Below are positions 25,575 to 38,337 of a DNA stretch of 64,000 bases, one piece after another. The notes below the pieces were generated by a model. That model had not been told where the DNA came from, made no database searches, and saw nothing but the letters and a program-made list of their open reading frames with translations. A program made the translations under genes and the position numbers. Every line of letters begins with the position of its first letter. The stretch's first letter is position 1. The DNA is taken from contig NC_134472.1 of NCBI RefSeq assembly GCF_964194025.1, positions 66,464,001 through 66,528,000 on the forward strand, in the 5' to 3' direction. This DNA comes from Convolutriloba macropyga (Eukaryota).

Positions 25575-28500
25575 TTAATTATGTTCACTTTGTTCAATTG
25601 TTAGCGCTTCGCATCCATTTTTAGGTTCACCCCATGGTTGAATTTCACCAGAACCCAGTAACGTATAAAATACTCCACCAAGCACTGAACTGACTCCAAT
25701 AAAGTAGAAACAATGTAACCATAACTCGCTACTGTGAATGTTCTCTTTCGTAAACCCGTCTATAACTAAAGGCATAAACATTGCAACTAAAGCTGCAATT
25801 GTGGCCCCTACAGATTGAATAGTTCCTGCAAAATATGGTGCAATATCGAGACAACTGCAAAATCCACCTGCGTACAAGAAACCAAAGAAAAACGAAGCGG
25901 TTGATATGAGACCAAATGCTAATTTAGACTGGCACTCGGCATATCCGGCTAGTATTAGGAAAACTGCGGTAAAGACCGAACAAATAATTTGATTGATTTT
26001 CCGAATAGCTGTTTTTGGAACACTTTCCTTCTCATGTGATCAATATTATTTTCAAAACAAAACAGTTGCACCCTCTAATGCTGATAACTTTATTAGCTAC
26101 GAAGTACGCCAGTGATATAAAACAGAAACATTTGCAAAAGAATATATAACCTAAGATTACTGCAATGTCCTAATATTCACCAGATTTCAGAGGCTTTGAG
26201 ATTTCAAATTAACTTGAAAGATACCACAAGTCTTTCGCTAGTAAACGTCCATCAAAATTAAAAACAGCCTGAATAAAAATTTTAAATCAAAACAGTATGA
26301 ACGCAAGTCCAGTTTACGAGGGAGGTTTTTCAAATTCATTTGCAGTATTCCTGTTTCGAGGGCTGTTTCGAGCTGAGGGATGTCACGAAAACTTATCCAA
26401 TTCCATTTTATCCAATGCCATTATACCCAACCTGCCATTTTGCCCAATACCAACTTTAATTTACCCTTTTGTCAAAATTACCGGAACGAGAATTTAGCCG
26501 ACTATATATTATGGAACTATCACAACCGAACATGGGATTATATTGCCCACTTAAGTATGCTTAAACAACCTGGTAATAGCGACTGCTCATTTGTAATAAT
26601 TGAATAAAACTATCAGAGCATTGGGTAAAATCGCATTCGCTCAAATAGAATTGTTTAAATTGTCATCTAACCCAGCTGAGGGATTTCAGCAAATCGAGCT
26701 GCATGATTACCTATTCAGTTGAAGGATTTCCGGAGAGATGTAATTTTGCTGAAAAATTCTTTCATTTCTTTTGGGTTGCATGGTTTCATTTTTAGTAAAT
26801 TTGAAAGTTTTTTCCACCAACAACTTCAAGGTATCTAAGCAAAGTTCTTTCGAAAATTTAACAGCAATCTTCACTGAAAAAATTATTTCAATAATCCAAA
26901 ATCATATTCAAGATCCTTTGTAGCCTGAATTCCGAAAAAATAACTTTCCTAATACTGTTGAACTGCGTTAACGCAACACAATTCCAAAATTTGCTAACAA
27001 AATTCCACAATATTAAAATCCACAACAAGTGGCAATAAATGCCTCGGTTTAGTAGCTAATTACACAATTAATTGCACTGAATGGTCGTCAAATTAAACCG
27101 TCGCTAACACTGGTTATTAATAGCCGCAAAGCGATAGCTGAGGCTAATATTGGCCTTCTCCTGGTTTTTTAATTTCGTCGTCAAGATTTTTGTTAAGACC
27201 ATATGACGTCACAAACACTTCAAATCTGCAATTTGTTCATTCGTTCACGCAGTTTTAACTGAATTGCGTGCGTGACGTCATTTTTCACTCTTAGTGGAAC
27301 GAGTTTTTTTGTTCATTTTCGTGAAAGTTTTTGGTGACATCTGGCTTACTTCACTCTCAAAAATGACCTCCACACTCTGAAATTGATTTTTCCTTACTTC
27401 AATTCAAAGAGATAAGGTCAAGTGAGTGTGTGTCACTCTAATTGCAGATCATTTAAGAGCATCTAAAAGAAACAGAAAAACATTATGCAGATTCTTAATC
27501 AAAACATAACATCTCATCCTTTAATGAAAAGAATAATTTATTGGTCTGTCTTTTTTTACTATCTTTTTGAGACTGCAGATCTACGCAACTATCGGGGCTA
27601 TTTTCTGGCAATCTGCCAGCTATGTTTTCAAAATTTTAAGCTGACGGAATTTTCGCCAATCATTTTTTTAAAAGTAGGTCGGTAATTTTGATTAAAGAAA
27701 GGAAGTGCGTTAAGGTCAAAACCGCAATTCAAGCTACGGGCGTTGTAGACTGGATTTCATTATGCTTAGATTTTCTAATTTTGCGAAATTCGGTTACTAA
27801 TTTTCCTAAACAGCCCAGATTTTTAATTTAACCCAATTCTTAAAATTAACCCAATTAACCCAATTTAACCCGTAATTAAGTTACACTCTTAAAATTTGAT
27901 AGGTAAATTTTGACCAATTCAGGTCTGCCTTTGCGGAGTAATGCCTGATTTTCCTACACACAAGGCCAGATTTAAAAACTTGCAAAGTACATGTTCGGAG
28001 TACGGTTGCTTGACTTCTGCTAAAATCACTTCAAAATTCTGAATTAAATCTGAAACAACAACGCGGTTCTCGACGAATGTCCGATTTCCTCAGTGATTTC
28101 ATTAGAGTCACATAAAATACGCAACTTGAAACACTATGAATTAAATTATAAGGTTTTACCATGGGGAAAAGGAAACGGTTCCCTGTAGTTGATATAACTT
28201 TCCGCTCTCGTATTCGGTCAGTGACATAAGCAGGGAATATTGAACCCAACATATTGCAAAACCAGAGAAAAGCGCATAAATAGCCATCTAAGTCGGTGTC
28301 AAAATTCAATACATTCGAGAAATATAAAGGTAATCCTGTCAGCAGAGCGTAATCAACTACATGCAAAGAAATTAGAAGAATTACAAACGCGTGAAATGGA
28401 GGACTTTTTAACATTTCTTTCCAAGGAATATTGGATTGAACTTGGTCCTTTATTTGAGAGGATGCAAGTATGTATTCACGCTCACTTGTCGAAATCCTCG

Positions 28501-29790
28501 GATGACACTCGGGCGAATCTGCCGACGTATAATTCCATACAAAAAACCAAATAACTCCAAAGATTCCATTCATTAGGAACCCTAATGGCCACCCACCCAG
28601 GAAATCAAGAGTACACAGCAATCCTGCGCTCGAGTAGCAGAAAATTAGACCAAACGAGCATCCAGAAAGCGAGAGCCCATAAAATAATGTTCGTTCCATT
28701 TCGGGCGACCACCGGGCTGTTAGGTGACTAAATGCTGGGATAGTTATACCCTCAAACATACCCTCAATAACACGCAAGGTTATTAACCATGGCACCCCCA
28801 AATAGGCAAAAGGGGGGTTCAAAATAGACAAAAAGCTCTTGATTAGAACAGAGTAGCCCATTATGTTTTTGCCTCCATATTTGGACGCAAGATATCCAGC
28901 AGGTAATTGTGTGATAACGTAACCGTAAAAATGGGCAGCAAGAATGTTAGCTTGTTGGGTTGTGGTCCAGTTAAATGTTCCTCCGGTCAAACTGGCCTTT
29001 TGAGAAGGAATCTGTTACAAATTTTCCCTATCCCAATTGGACTATATTATTCTTGCAAGATGTACGCCCGGATCTTGGAAAATAAACGTTATCTTGCAAG
29101 ATAGGCGTTAAACGCAAGATAACTGCTAGATTTCCACTGGGGCCATGCTTTTATAATTAAAACTCTTAAAAATATTAATATAATCTTGTAAGGTTCTACA
29201 GACCTAGATCATGGATGAGCCTAGATCATGGATAGGGCGTTATATTTTATAATTTGAACGTATGAGTTGAAAATCAAGTAAAAACATTCAGCACTTTCAG
29301 CTCATATTTTATGTATGTTTTAGACCTCTCGAAAGCCCCCTTTCTTACCCGAAATGTCGCGCCTTTATAGTGATATTTTCTATAGATTTTAAAATTTGAG
29401 AAAGTCACTTTAAAATTCTGACTTACATCTCTAGCGGCTACAAAGTTTTCGTCGAATTTCTGATTATATCAGTGAACTCATTCGTGTCACGTGACCTATA
29501 CGTGAAAGTTTGTTGGACGTGAAAATCGGAACAGATCCCTGAGAAGTTTCAGACACTGGACAATTTTCGTCGTATGAGCCGTCTTTGGTCCCCTGATCGT
29601 AAACCATCTCCACAATTGCAATACTCATAATCACACGCATCGAAAACAAAGTCCCAAAGCCCAGAAACCCGAGAAGGGCAATTTTTAACCTCGTAGAACA
29701 CAATTTTTCACAGGTTGTCTCATGATAGTTATAATCGTCATTTCGGAGCATTAAGTTGTCCAGTTCAGAAGAATCACCAGCAACAGTCAT
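25575..29790 (-). CDS. SLC17-family MFS anion transporter (sialin/VGLUT-like), 3 exons: 29790-29539, 28996-28183, 26008-25575 (499 aa)
   Basis: Motifs STRLKIALLGFLG...RVIMSIAIVEM, FNW, FYGYVITQLPAGYLASKYGGK, LRVIEGMFEGITIPA...WSPEMER, GGWP, DSPECHPRISTSEREYI, IPWKEMLKS, STTAIRK, LDIAPYFAG and GSGEIQPW. The joined CDS is 1500 nt and open if both introns are read as GG-AG. Confidence 0.88.
26009..28182 (-). other. Non-canonical (GG-AG) intron bounded by terminal inverted repeats, SLC17 intron 2
   Basis: Minus strand: ACAG|GGAACCGTTTCCTTTTCCCCATGG ... CATGAGAAGGAAAGTGTTCCAAAAACAG|CT. Removal gives IRERKVISTTAIRKINQ, collinear with the SLC17/VGLUT motif LRSRRIMSTTNVRKLMN (from memory). Confidence 0.7.
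27114..27635 (+). mobile_element. Helentron-like family B, internally deleted copy (inside SLC17 intron 2)
   Basis: 5' TTATTAATAGCCGCAAAGCGATAGCTG; 3' GGGGCTATTTTT + hairpin CTGGCAATCTGCCAG (27605-27619). Matches the reverse complement of both ends of 60211-61143. Confidence 0.65.
28997..29538 (-). other. Non-canonical (GG-AG) intron bounded by terminal inverted repeats, SLC17 intron 1
   Basis: Minus strand: TCTCAG|GGATCTGTTCCGATTTTCACGTCCAA ... TTGGGATAGGGAAAATTTGTAACAGATTCCTTCTCAAAAG|GCC. The phase-0 join gives CPVSETSQ|ASLTGGTFNW. It lies in a variable loop, so the boundaries rest on the shared motif rather than on protein homology. Confidence 0.55.
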
Positions 29791-31483
29791 TTTTTGAGGT
29801 TCTCGAATAATGCTATAATTGTGGAAGGCTGTCGTTGGGAAGCAAACTAAGCCTAGAGTAACTGAGGTCGAGTTTTTTGTCCCAAAACCCAAAAATACTT
29901 TTACTTAATCACCGTTCGTTTTTAGTTTTGTTATCACTATACTTTTACTATCAGTATATTTTTATCATCAAAGAAAAATGGAGAAAAAGGAGAGGAAACG
30001 TAAATGCGCATGAACAAAAAATACAGTAGAAATTTTCCAGACTAGAATAACCTCGCATGATAGTAAAATCAGAGCTTTACTCCAATCGAAAGATCAGAAC
30101 ATTCTAGAAAATTTTCAACAAGATCACTACCAAATGTTAAGTAATTTTCAAATATATATTACGAACAAAACTACCGTTGAACATATACCTCATGTGCTCA
30201 CGTCGCAAAAGCCAACTTACTTCTTTTCGTTCATAACAAGCTTTAAAACCAGCGCCAAAGTTTAATTCGCAAACACTGAACTCGAAGAATCATTTTTTGC
30301 AATTAAATTGCTGATTACTCATGAATTATTTACTCCCTGGCTATGTAGTCATATATACGTGCTTTGGCATGCAAAAATTAGTGTACCTTAAGAAGTTCAA
30401 AGAGAATTATGTTCGTAAGATAACAAAAATTAATATCACAGTATTTTCGTAGACTGATACAACACGGTTAGATATTTCTCTTCGCTATTTCAACCTGTAA
30501 ATGCATATCTGATGTTGACTCTTTCAAATCTTCTTTGTATTGGAGTGGACTCACCACCCCGACTTGACCGATTTCCCTTTTAGTGGAGAGACACAAAAGC
30601 CAACTTATTCTTTTTGCTGAGCTTTTTGGCTTCCTTGCCAATTTGCTTCCTATCTTTATTTGTTCCGACCCCTCTTGAGGGGGGAGGAACTATATACTCA
30701 AATGAGTTTTTTTTGTTCAGACAATTTTGGCCGATCGATATATTCATCGTAGAGAGTTGAGACTGGCATCATTAGAAAGCTGTCCAGCGCAGAAGATGGA
30801 ATTAAAAAGATTTTTCTGATTTTCGTTTTTTACAGGGAGTTATCGAGGTTTAAACTTTTGAGCAAATAGAGTGAACTTTTTTAAAGAAAGTGTTGTTGAT
30901 TTCATTTTAAAGACAAAAATATTGCCGGCTATTTTTATTTAATTTTTTTTGTCAAAAACTCTGACTAAATATTTCAAAATTCAGACTTTTCCATCAAAAA
31001 CAGCACGAAATAAGTTTCTTTAGTCCACTCTGATAAAATTTGCAGGAAGTGCACACCCAAACACCACTAACACAATCTTTTTAGACTTAAAAGGGGGCTA
31101 ATTCCACTTCAACTTCCGTTGGGAGTGCTCTGTAAATAAAACTTTGCCGTTTTTTGCTAACTTTATTCGTTGATTATCAAAAACTCAGCATTTATTTTTG
31201 ATTTTTTTACCTAACAAAATATCTATATCTATATCGTTCGAAAAATTAAGTGTTCTTCAAGGACGAACAGCATTAGCAGAGCTAGTTTTGGACCAAACTT
31301 GGACTGTTACAATCCAAAATTAATTCGGGTTGTGATTAGTCGATCTTTTTATTGAAATCGATCTTTTTTTTATATAAATAACTATATATATAATAATAAC
31401 TATAAATAAACATACATAAACAACTTTTTATATATAACAATTAAACCACAGAACATTTCAAATCAAAGCTCACTAGTGATAGG

Positions 31484-31867
31484 TCCAAATCGATTCCTAA
31501 TGAGCTCCAAATTATTGTAACTAGTTTATTAATTGAAAGCTTATGGTCGTTTTGACTTCTAAAAATATTTGATTTTTAAATAAATAATGGCTTATTGAAC
31601 TTTGCCTCCATTTTTCTCTTAATTTGGTCAACTTGTAGATTAGTGTCAAAAACGAAAGAATGAATTTAAACTCAGTAGAAAGAAGAAGCATTCTTTCGTT
31701 TTTGACACTAATCTACAAGTTGACCAAATTAAGAGAAAAAATGAGGCAAAGTTCAATAAGCCATTATTTATTTAAAAATCAAATATTTTTAAAAGTCAAA
31801 ATGACCATAAGCTTTCAAGTAATAAACAAGTTAAAATAATTTGGAGCTAATTAGGAATCGATTTGGA
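31484..31867. repeat. Long near-perfect inverted repeat (179-bp arms, 26-nt spacer)
   Basis: Arms 31484-31662 and 31689-31867 are reverse complements with a few mismatches. Confidence 0.92.
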
Positions 31868-31887
31868 ATTGATATGAAGTTATAATA

Positions 31888-31944
31888 AAGGTTTAAAACC
31901 GCAATTAAGATTGAATTTAAATCTTAATTGCGGTTTTAAACCTT
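31888..31944. repeat. Perfect 25-bp-arm hairpin
   Basis: AAGGTTTAAAACCGCAATTAAGATT - 7 nt - AATCTTAATTGCGGTTTTAAACCTT. Confidence 0.95.
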
Positions 31945-33599
31945 AAGTTATGGTTTTTTGGCTTTGATACTACTAGATTTCACATTTTTTTTTTATTTTC
32001 AGGTATTTGCCCACTTTTCTTGTTTTCTAGTTTTGTCACCTTATCACGTTATTGACAGTTCATATATCAAATTATTGGCGTTCAAATAAGGTACAACCGA
32101 TAATATGAAAATCCTTAAGGATATAGACTCTGGTTTTAACGGCTTCGACAATATTTTTTCGAAGAATTTAAAGGAATTTTTCAATTTTGTCTTTAATGTC
32201 GTTTTTACTTTGTCTTTTTGGTCGTAAGAAATTTCCTGTACAATGACCCGGTTTCATTGGATTTCCATGGAAGAAGAGAAGGGCCAAAATTCTGATAATA
32301 GTAGATAGCTGAGGCTTTCATGACTTTGAAAACAATTGTTTTCCAAAATTAAAAAAGCACTGTTTAAAAAGCACTTTTATTGTCTGTTTGTTACCTAGTC
32401 TCGTTATACAAAGGCCAAATTTAACAATATTGATGTCAAGGGAAGGTGTTAAAGAAATTGGTGTTACAAAATCTAATTATTTTAAAGAATTCGTTATGAC
32501 TTTACTGGCTTCGACACGGATTTTTCACACACAAAAAAAGTAAATTAATTTTCGATTTTTGTCAAACTTTACGTCCTTTTTGTACACGTAAGATATATTC
32601 TGGATAATTGGGGGTCTCAAGGGCTTCATTTGGAAGAATATACGAATCTATTTAATTATTTCATTTTGTAATTAATGGCTTTCATGTCCTTGGAAATAAT
32701 TTTTTTTCGAAAAAAACAACTATTAATGAATTTTGCCTTTTTCTTCTTTTTTACTACTTGTTACCTGGTTTCATTGAGAAGTTATCAATGAGAGGTCACA
32801 TAATAGGTTGTCGTTGTTCGAAGAAAGAGCAATCGAACAAATTTTGAGGGCCAAAGTATGGCTTTACGCCTCCAAAAGCGTTTTCTGGCAAACCTAAACT
32901 GATTTTTTGTTTGTTGTCTATTTGTTGCTCTTTTTGTAAATTCTTAAAAAATCTTAATTCCCATCTTAAAAAACACTGGTAATCGTAAACCTATGGGATA
33001 TTTTAGTTGACTTCTAATGGTTTTCATTACTTTGAAATTAATTTTTTTTAAAAGGCAAATTTTTCAAATTTACTGTTTTTGTTCTTTATTGTGTAATTGT
33101 TACCAAGCCTTATTATGGACTGGTCCCATATATTTTCTTGTGAATTAAAAGTTGTTTTGTTTAGTTTCAGCTTTATCTGACGCTATTTTGACATTGTTAT
33201 TAAGTTTTGTTTTTTAAAACGGTCAAAAATTTTTGATGTAATTAACGTTTGTTGTTGTTGTTTGATTTTGCTGTTCCTCTTGACCCGCTTTCTTAATATT
33301 GGCATATCTCATGAATCTAATAAATCATTTTTTACTCCACTGAGTTGTTTGCTTTGGAGGCAATCTTTATTATGGTACACATTTTTTTTTAAAAAAACTT
33401 GAATTTGTGGGGTTTTCTATCTGTTCCTTATTTGGTAGACAATTATGCCAAAATGGTGGATGGGCGGGGTCAGAACCTTGTGTGCGATCGCACATTACCG
33501 ATCCTCCTTGTTATCATTCAAGATTCACTTCCCAATTCGTTATAACCACTATCCTTACATGCGGGGTACGCCATGTAAACTTCAATAACAAAAAGGATT

Positions 33600-34740
33600 A
33601 ATAATATAGCCGACAGATTACCAAAATAGCTGCAGAATAGGCTTTGGTTTTAGTCGCGATGTTTTGTTAGTGAAAACATTCACTGTAAAGGATTCCTGTG
33701 GTTAACCTTAGAAAGTTAACAATAACCTTAAGTCAACTCAACATTGGTCTTAAAAGTAACTCAAGAGGTCGAGGTAAGTCAGTTATGGTTTTTTTAACAA
33801 AAAATTTATCACGCAATTTAGCTATGCTGATGAGGGTAACAATTAACGTCATGCACATAAAAGCAGTTGGAGCGCCATGAAAAGATGAAAAAATTGCTGT
33901 TATTAGCTTTGCAGCGTGAAGAAAATAAGCGTCTGACGACGAAACAAAAAACATAGCAGGACAAGTCCTGAAATACAATTCAAAGAATTTTAATTGACTA
34001 AACACAAGACCTAGAACGGACTATGAGTGAATTGGGAAAACCATTTCTAAAGATATCAGATAGAAAAAAAACAAAAAACAGAAAATAAATGACAAAATGC
34101 CGCTAGCGAGAAAAAACCACTAGCGAGAAAGCGAACTTTTGTTCAAACACCGTTTTCTCACTCTACTTAAAAATTAGAGCGAACAAATTTGACGCCGCAA
34201 AACCACTCGCGCCACTTCCTGTTTCGGCGTGACCAAAATCACTGCTAAAATTTGACTTTAAAAAACATAAAAATGTGTGAACAGATCTTAAAAAAAAGAC
34301 AGCGCCCCAATACAATTCAAACTCTTTGAATTGTAAAAAATAGCACGGCATGTCCTGAACTAAAATTCAAAGAATTGTCATCGGCTAAGAAATAACCAGA
34401 ACAAGAAAAGGTAATAAACGGATTTGGAAAAACGATAAAAACTCAAAACGGAGTGACATCAAACCGCCTCACGTGAAAAAAAACCTACTATCGAGAAAGA
34501 AAAATCCACTTTCTGTTCAAATAGGTTTCTGACGTTCAAATAGGTTTCTGAAAGTAAGCCAATTTCAGTTCCAATAGGTTTCTGAAATCAGGGGAAAGAT
34601 TTTACGCCGTAAAATCGTTCGCATTTTTGCTCCACTTCCTGTTCCACCGTGACCATATTCACCAATTATGAAAATGTGGGAACATTTTACGAAATCAGCG
34701 CCTCACTACAATTCAAGTCTTTTCGAGTTGCAAAAAACTA
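33600..34740 (-). mobile_element. Partial, rearranged copies of the family B repeat
   Basis: Blocks such as AAAAACATAGCAGGACAAGTCCTG...CAATTCAAAGAATTTT and TTCAAACACCGTTTTCTCACTCTACTT are shared with 57940-58360, 60660-61080 and 63000-63370. Confidence 0.6.
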
Positions 34741-37700
34741 AGATCACCGCAATACAGCATTGCTCTAAAATATGAATTTTGAAATAGATGCTTCAACAAT
34801 CAAATTCTACAACAGACATCTGCAGTAGCAAAGATAATAACTTAACGTCAGAGGAATTAAAGGGCTTGATTCTTTCATATTGTTTTTAACGAGACCAATT
34901 TTGGCCCAGATTTCATTTAACCTTTAGTATCAGAACTTCCACCAAATGAGTTCAGCTGCTTAAACTTGAGTTAGAGAACAGCTTAGATCACCAGAATGTC
35001 AAGGGCGTAAAAATCAATTGAAAATTCAAAACTGTAGAGCAAACAAATAGTAAAAAAGACACGACTAAAGGAACTGCTTCACGCTTCATTCGAGAGAAAT
35101 TAAAAATACCATCGGCAATGATCAGATCACAACTTATATAGACCACAATGACATGTGTACGATAATAATTTGATTTTATAGGCTTTATCTCTACTAAGCT
35201 TGGGGGTCTATATTGTGAATGAACCCAGCCTGTAGATGCTGCCATCTGGAAGCCGTAAACAACAACAAAATTATATTGTTTCAAAGACGGATAAAGTCTA
35301 TCAAAACAACTTGGTGCCGGTTTTGATTGGCTTTTGCGAATGAAACGAATGAACTACTAATGGCATTGAAATACTCTAGTGACCAGTTGCTGACCCGTTG
35401 GATGCCCATAATATGACCACAGGCCAATCATCTCCAAGACTCTGGCTTTTAAGTAGCAACTTTTATTCCTTGAAAACATGCAGCTTTATACGGATGCTGC
35501 GCTATAAATATCAACAGACATTTGAAGCAAATCACTATCAGCCGGCTACTGTTGGTGTCGGTAACCTTTAGCAACAAAACTGTTCCCAATTAACATTTTA
35601 ATTAAATAATTTGTACAAATTATTGATTGCAATATGCAAAACAAGTTATATATCAAGTCAACAGATCAAACACTCATCAGCAACTTTTAAGAGTAGGTTT
35701 GTGTTACATAAAATCATTCAGCACCTTCAGATAGCGATGGCTAGGATGCACTTATTGATTCCCAAACTATTCAAGTTCGAGAAAAAAGCTTCTCAAAACA
35801 ATCGGCTTAAAAAAGTGGATCTATTCTGCAACCTCGAACTGCATTTATGACTTCCGTAATAAATTGAGTACTACCATATGCCAGGTTAAAGCCTAAAAGT
35901 AGCAGATGCGTTTTGAGAGCCTAAATTTTTGATGCCAACATATATAGCTGTGGGCTGAAACGAGTCCAGGTTGAGGTCCCTGTTCAAGACGTATTGATTC
36001 CCATTGATTCCCATAACCCCGATTGTCATTGAAAAATCAGAAAAAAAAATGCAAAATTGATAGTCTTACAAACAATAATTCAGAATTGCGTTCTACTTTG
36101 ATCGAACTTTTCGCAGTTAGGGAAGTTCCAGTTTCTTCATGAAAGGATACAGGACTAGTATCATTAGCAATAAGCATTAGGCATGGTAACAAAGTTTACC
36201 TTTGTTACCAGGCCTACAAACAACTTTCTGAAGAGCACTTTAAAACTTTCAGCGTGACAGAAACGGTCGCATTTCGCATTAAAGAACTGTGCATATCGTT
36301 TCTTTTGCTCAATGACAAGCCTCTGTACATAAGGCACAATAAACAACAATAAAATGGCATTCGCAACAAAAAGCAAAAACTCGCAAAAGCACAAAAATTT
36401 TAATTCGGTACGAAAAACATACTTCAGTATATAAAGAATAAAAAATTTGATTGTATCCTCTTAGCAACGATAGAATATTTTTAAGTACGTAATTGAATAA
36501 AAATATTATACAGGGATGCGCCCAAAAACAAGAATTTTTTAAAAAAGTTTAATTTATGCAATCCAGAAAATTATACGCTGTACATAAGCATGTCATATTG
36601 ACCTCATAAACAACTATAAATTTAAAAAAGAACCAAAAGTTGAGAAAAAAATATCTCAAAATTGATTTCTCAAATTTCACATGAAATTATTTGTACAAAA
36701 TTTTATTCAGTTCTTAATAACAAATGATCGCCTGCCAATTCACGTAACACTAAATGCAGTAAAACAAGGTAAAAAACCCAAAATAGCGAAGAAACCTCCA
36801 AAAATGTGTAAAAACGTTTAGATTAGCGTAAAACATCCACTAATTACAAAAAGGCATCAGGACGTCAAAATAAGCTGAATAAGATTACTTTAATGTACAA
36901 TAACTTTTTAGACAGCATAAACGCTCTGATGAAAAAGGAACAGGTTCAAAAGGCTGCACATTAACAAAATTAACTGACAACTTACCGAAATTTCTTCACA
37001 CGTAATTTCTCGCTCTATTCCAAAGGCTAAAAGAAACTCTTTACAGTTTGCTCGCTCTGTTCAGCGAAACAACTTTTACAAACTTTATTTACTCCCTGAA
37101 CTTCCGGTTTTTTTCTGCGCACTTAAAGAAAAACAGAGGCGGAGAACTCCGGAACCGACTCCAAGTGAAAATTCACTTAAACTGAAGGTAAACTGCTAGT
37201 TAAACGAAATCAAGTAATCAATCGTTTCATGAAAAAAACTATCTCGCCGTCTGTTGCAACAGACGGCTAGATACAGTTAACTTTTCCTTCAAGAAATGAC
37301 TTTTTAAAAAACCGAATGAATCAATGAAAACAAAACAGCTTCAAAAATTTGCAAAAAAATTGCTTCAAAAAGCGTCTACACCAAAATAATATAAATAGCT
37401 CCAAAATACGACACCAAAATAACATAAACTCCAAAATAACATTACTAAAATTCCATCAAAGAGTCCAAAACAATTACTTGCAACAGACAGTGAGATACAG
37501 ATGGTTTTTGCTCAAAAAACAATTTCCAAAAATAGATATAAACAATAAAAATGATACATGTGCGAAGCGAGGAAAAGTAGAAAGAACCAGCAACTAAAAA
37601 CATTAAATTTTGTTAACCATATTCCCTATTAATTGCTTCGTCCCAATAGTTGTTCAATAGAGAAACCTAAACAATGTTTCTGTTCAGTCAGTGACCACCT

Positions 37701-38003
37701 AACAACCAACACACAAACTTTACAAATAAAGCAAAAACGCGAAAAAAGTGAGAAAAATCGTTTTATTTGTTACGGTAAGAACTGGCCTATCAAATATTAC
37801 AATGTATCCTCGTAGTAAGAAAACCCGCATAAATGTTGTTAATAAAGAGTTCCGCGCGACACATTATTCCAGAAAAGCATAAAAACGGAAAAGGCCATAT
37901 TTATATTAGAGTAATTTGAAATAACTTATTTAAAATGCCCGAAAAACTGTCAACAATTCTATACTACTTTGTCAACCGACATCACAATCTTAATTTTCCT
38001 TGG

Positions 38004-38319
38004 AGTCATGTCGTTAGACCTTGAACAAACTTTTGATTATCGATTGGAATTTAACAAACTTGTGAAATAACTCAATATTGACTTAAAGTTTTAATATTTG
38101 TTTAACAAGCCTCATCATCACTCGAGAAAATTGTTTCTTTATAATCAGTTGAATTAAAGCATTGGAAAATTTACTTATAATAGATTTAACAGTAGATTGA
38201 AGAAGATTGTCGCCCAGCTCTGAAGATCCGCTCGAAGATGCTGAAACCTGAATAAAATGTTTTAAGGGGTGCAAAAACACATAAGCATGCACCAATATTA
38301 TTTTATTAAATACGTTAGT
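38004..38319 (+). repeat. 5' LTR (316 bp)
   Basis: AGTCATGTCG...TACGTTAGT. Differs from the 3' LTR by 9 substitutions and 3 small indels (manual count). AATAAA at 38251-38256. Confidence 0.96.
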
Positions 38320-38337
38320 TGGTGACAGAAAACGGAA
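38320..38337 (+). promoter_or_regulatory. Putative primer-binding site (TGGTGACAGAAAACGGAA)
   Basis: Begins with TGG (complement of tRNA CCA) directly after the 5' LTR. The priming tRNA is not identified. Confidence 0.65.

Larger units (their letters stand above)
30655..33512 (+). mobile_element. Helentron-like family A, copy 4
   Basis: 5' TTTATTTGTTCCGACCCC; subterminal inverted copy GGGGTCAGAAC at 33466-33476; perfect palindrome TGTGCGATCGCACA at 33481-33494; terminal CCTCCTTGTT at 33503-33512. Confidence 0.65.

Noticed and set aside
35050-35560. Faint hemopexin-like words (VDAAIW...KLYCFKDG, TDAAL) on the + strand
   Set aside because: Multiple stops, no consistent frame and very short matches. 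It cannot be supported without a profile search.
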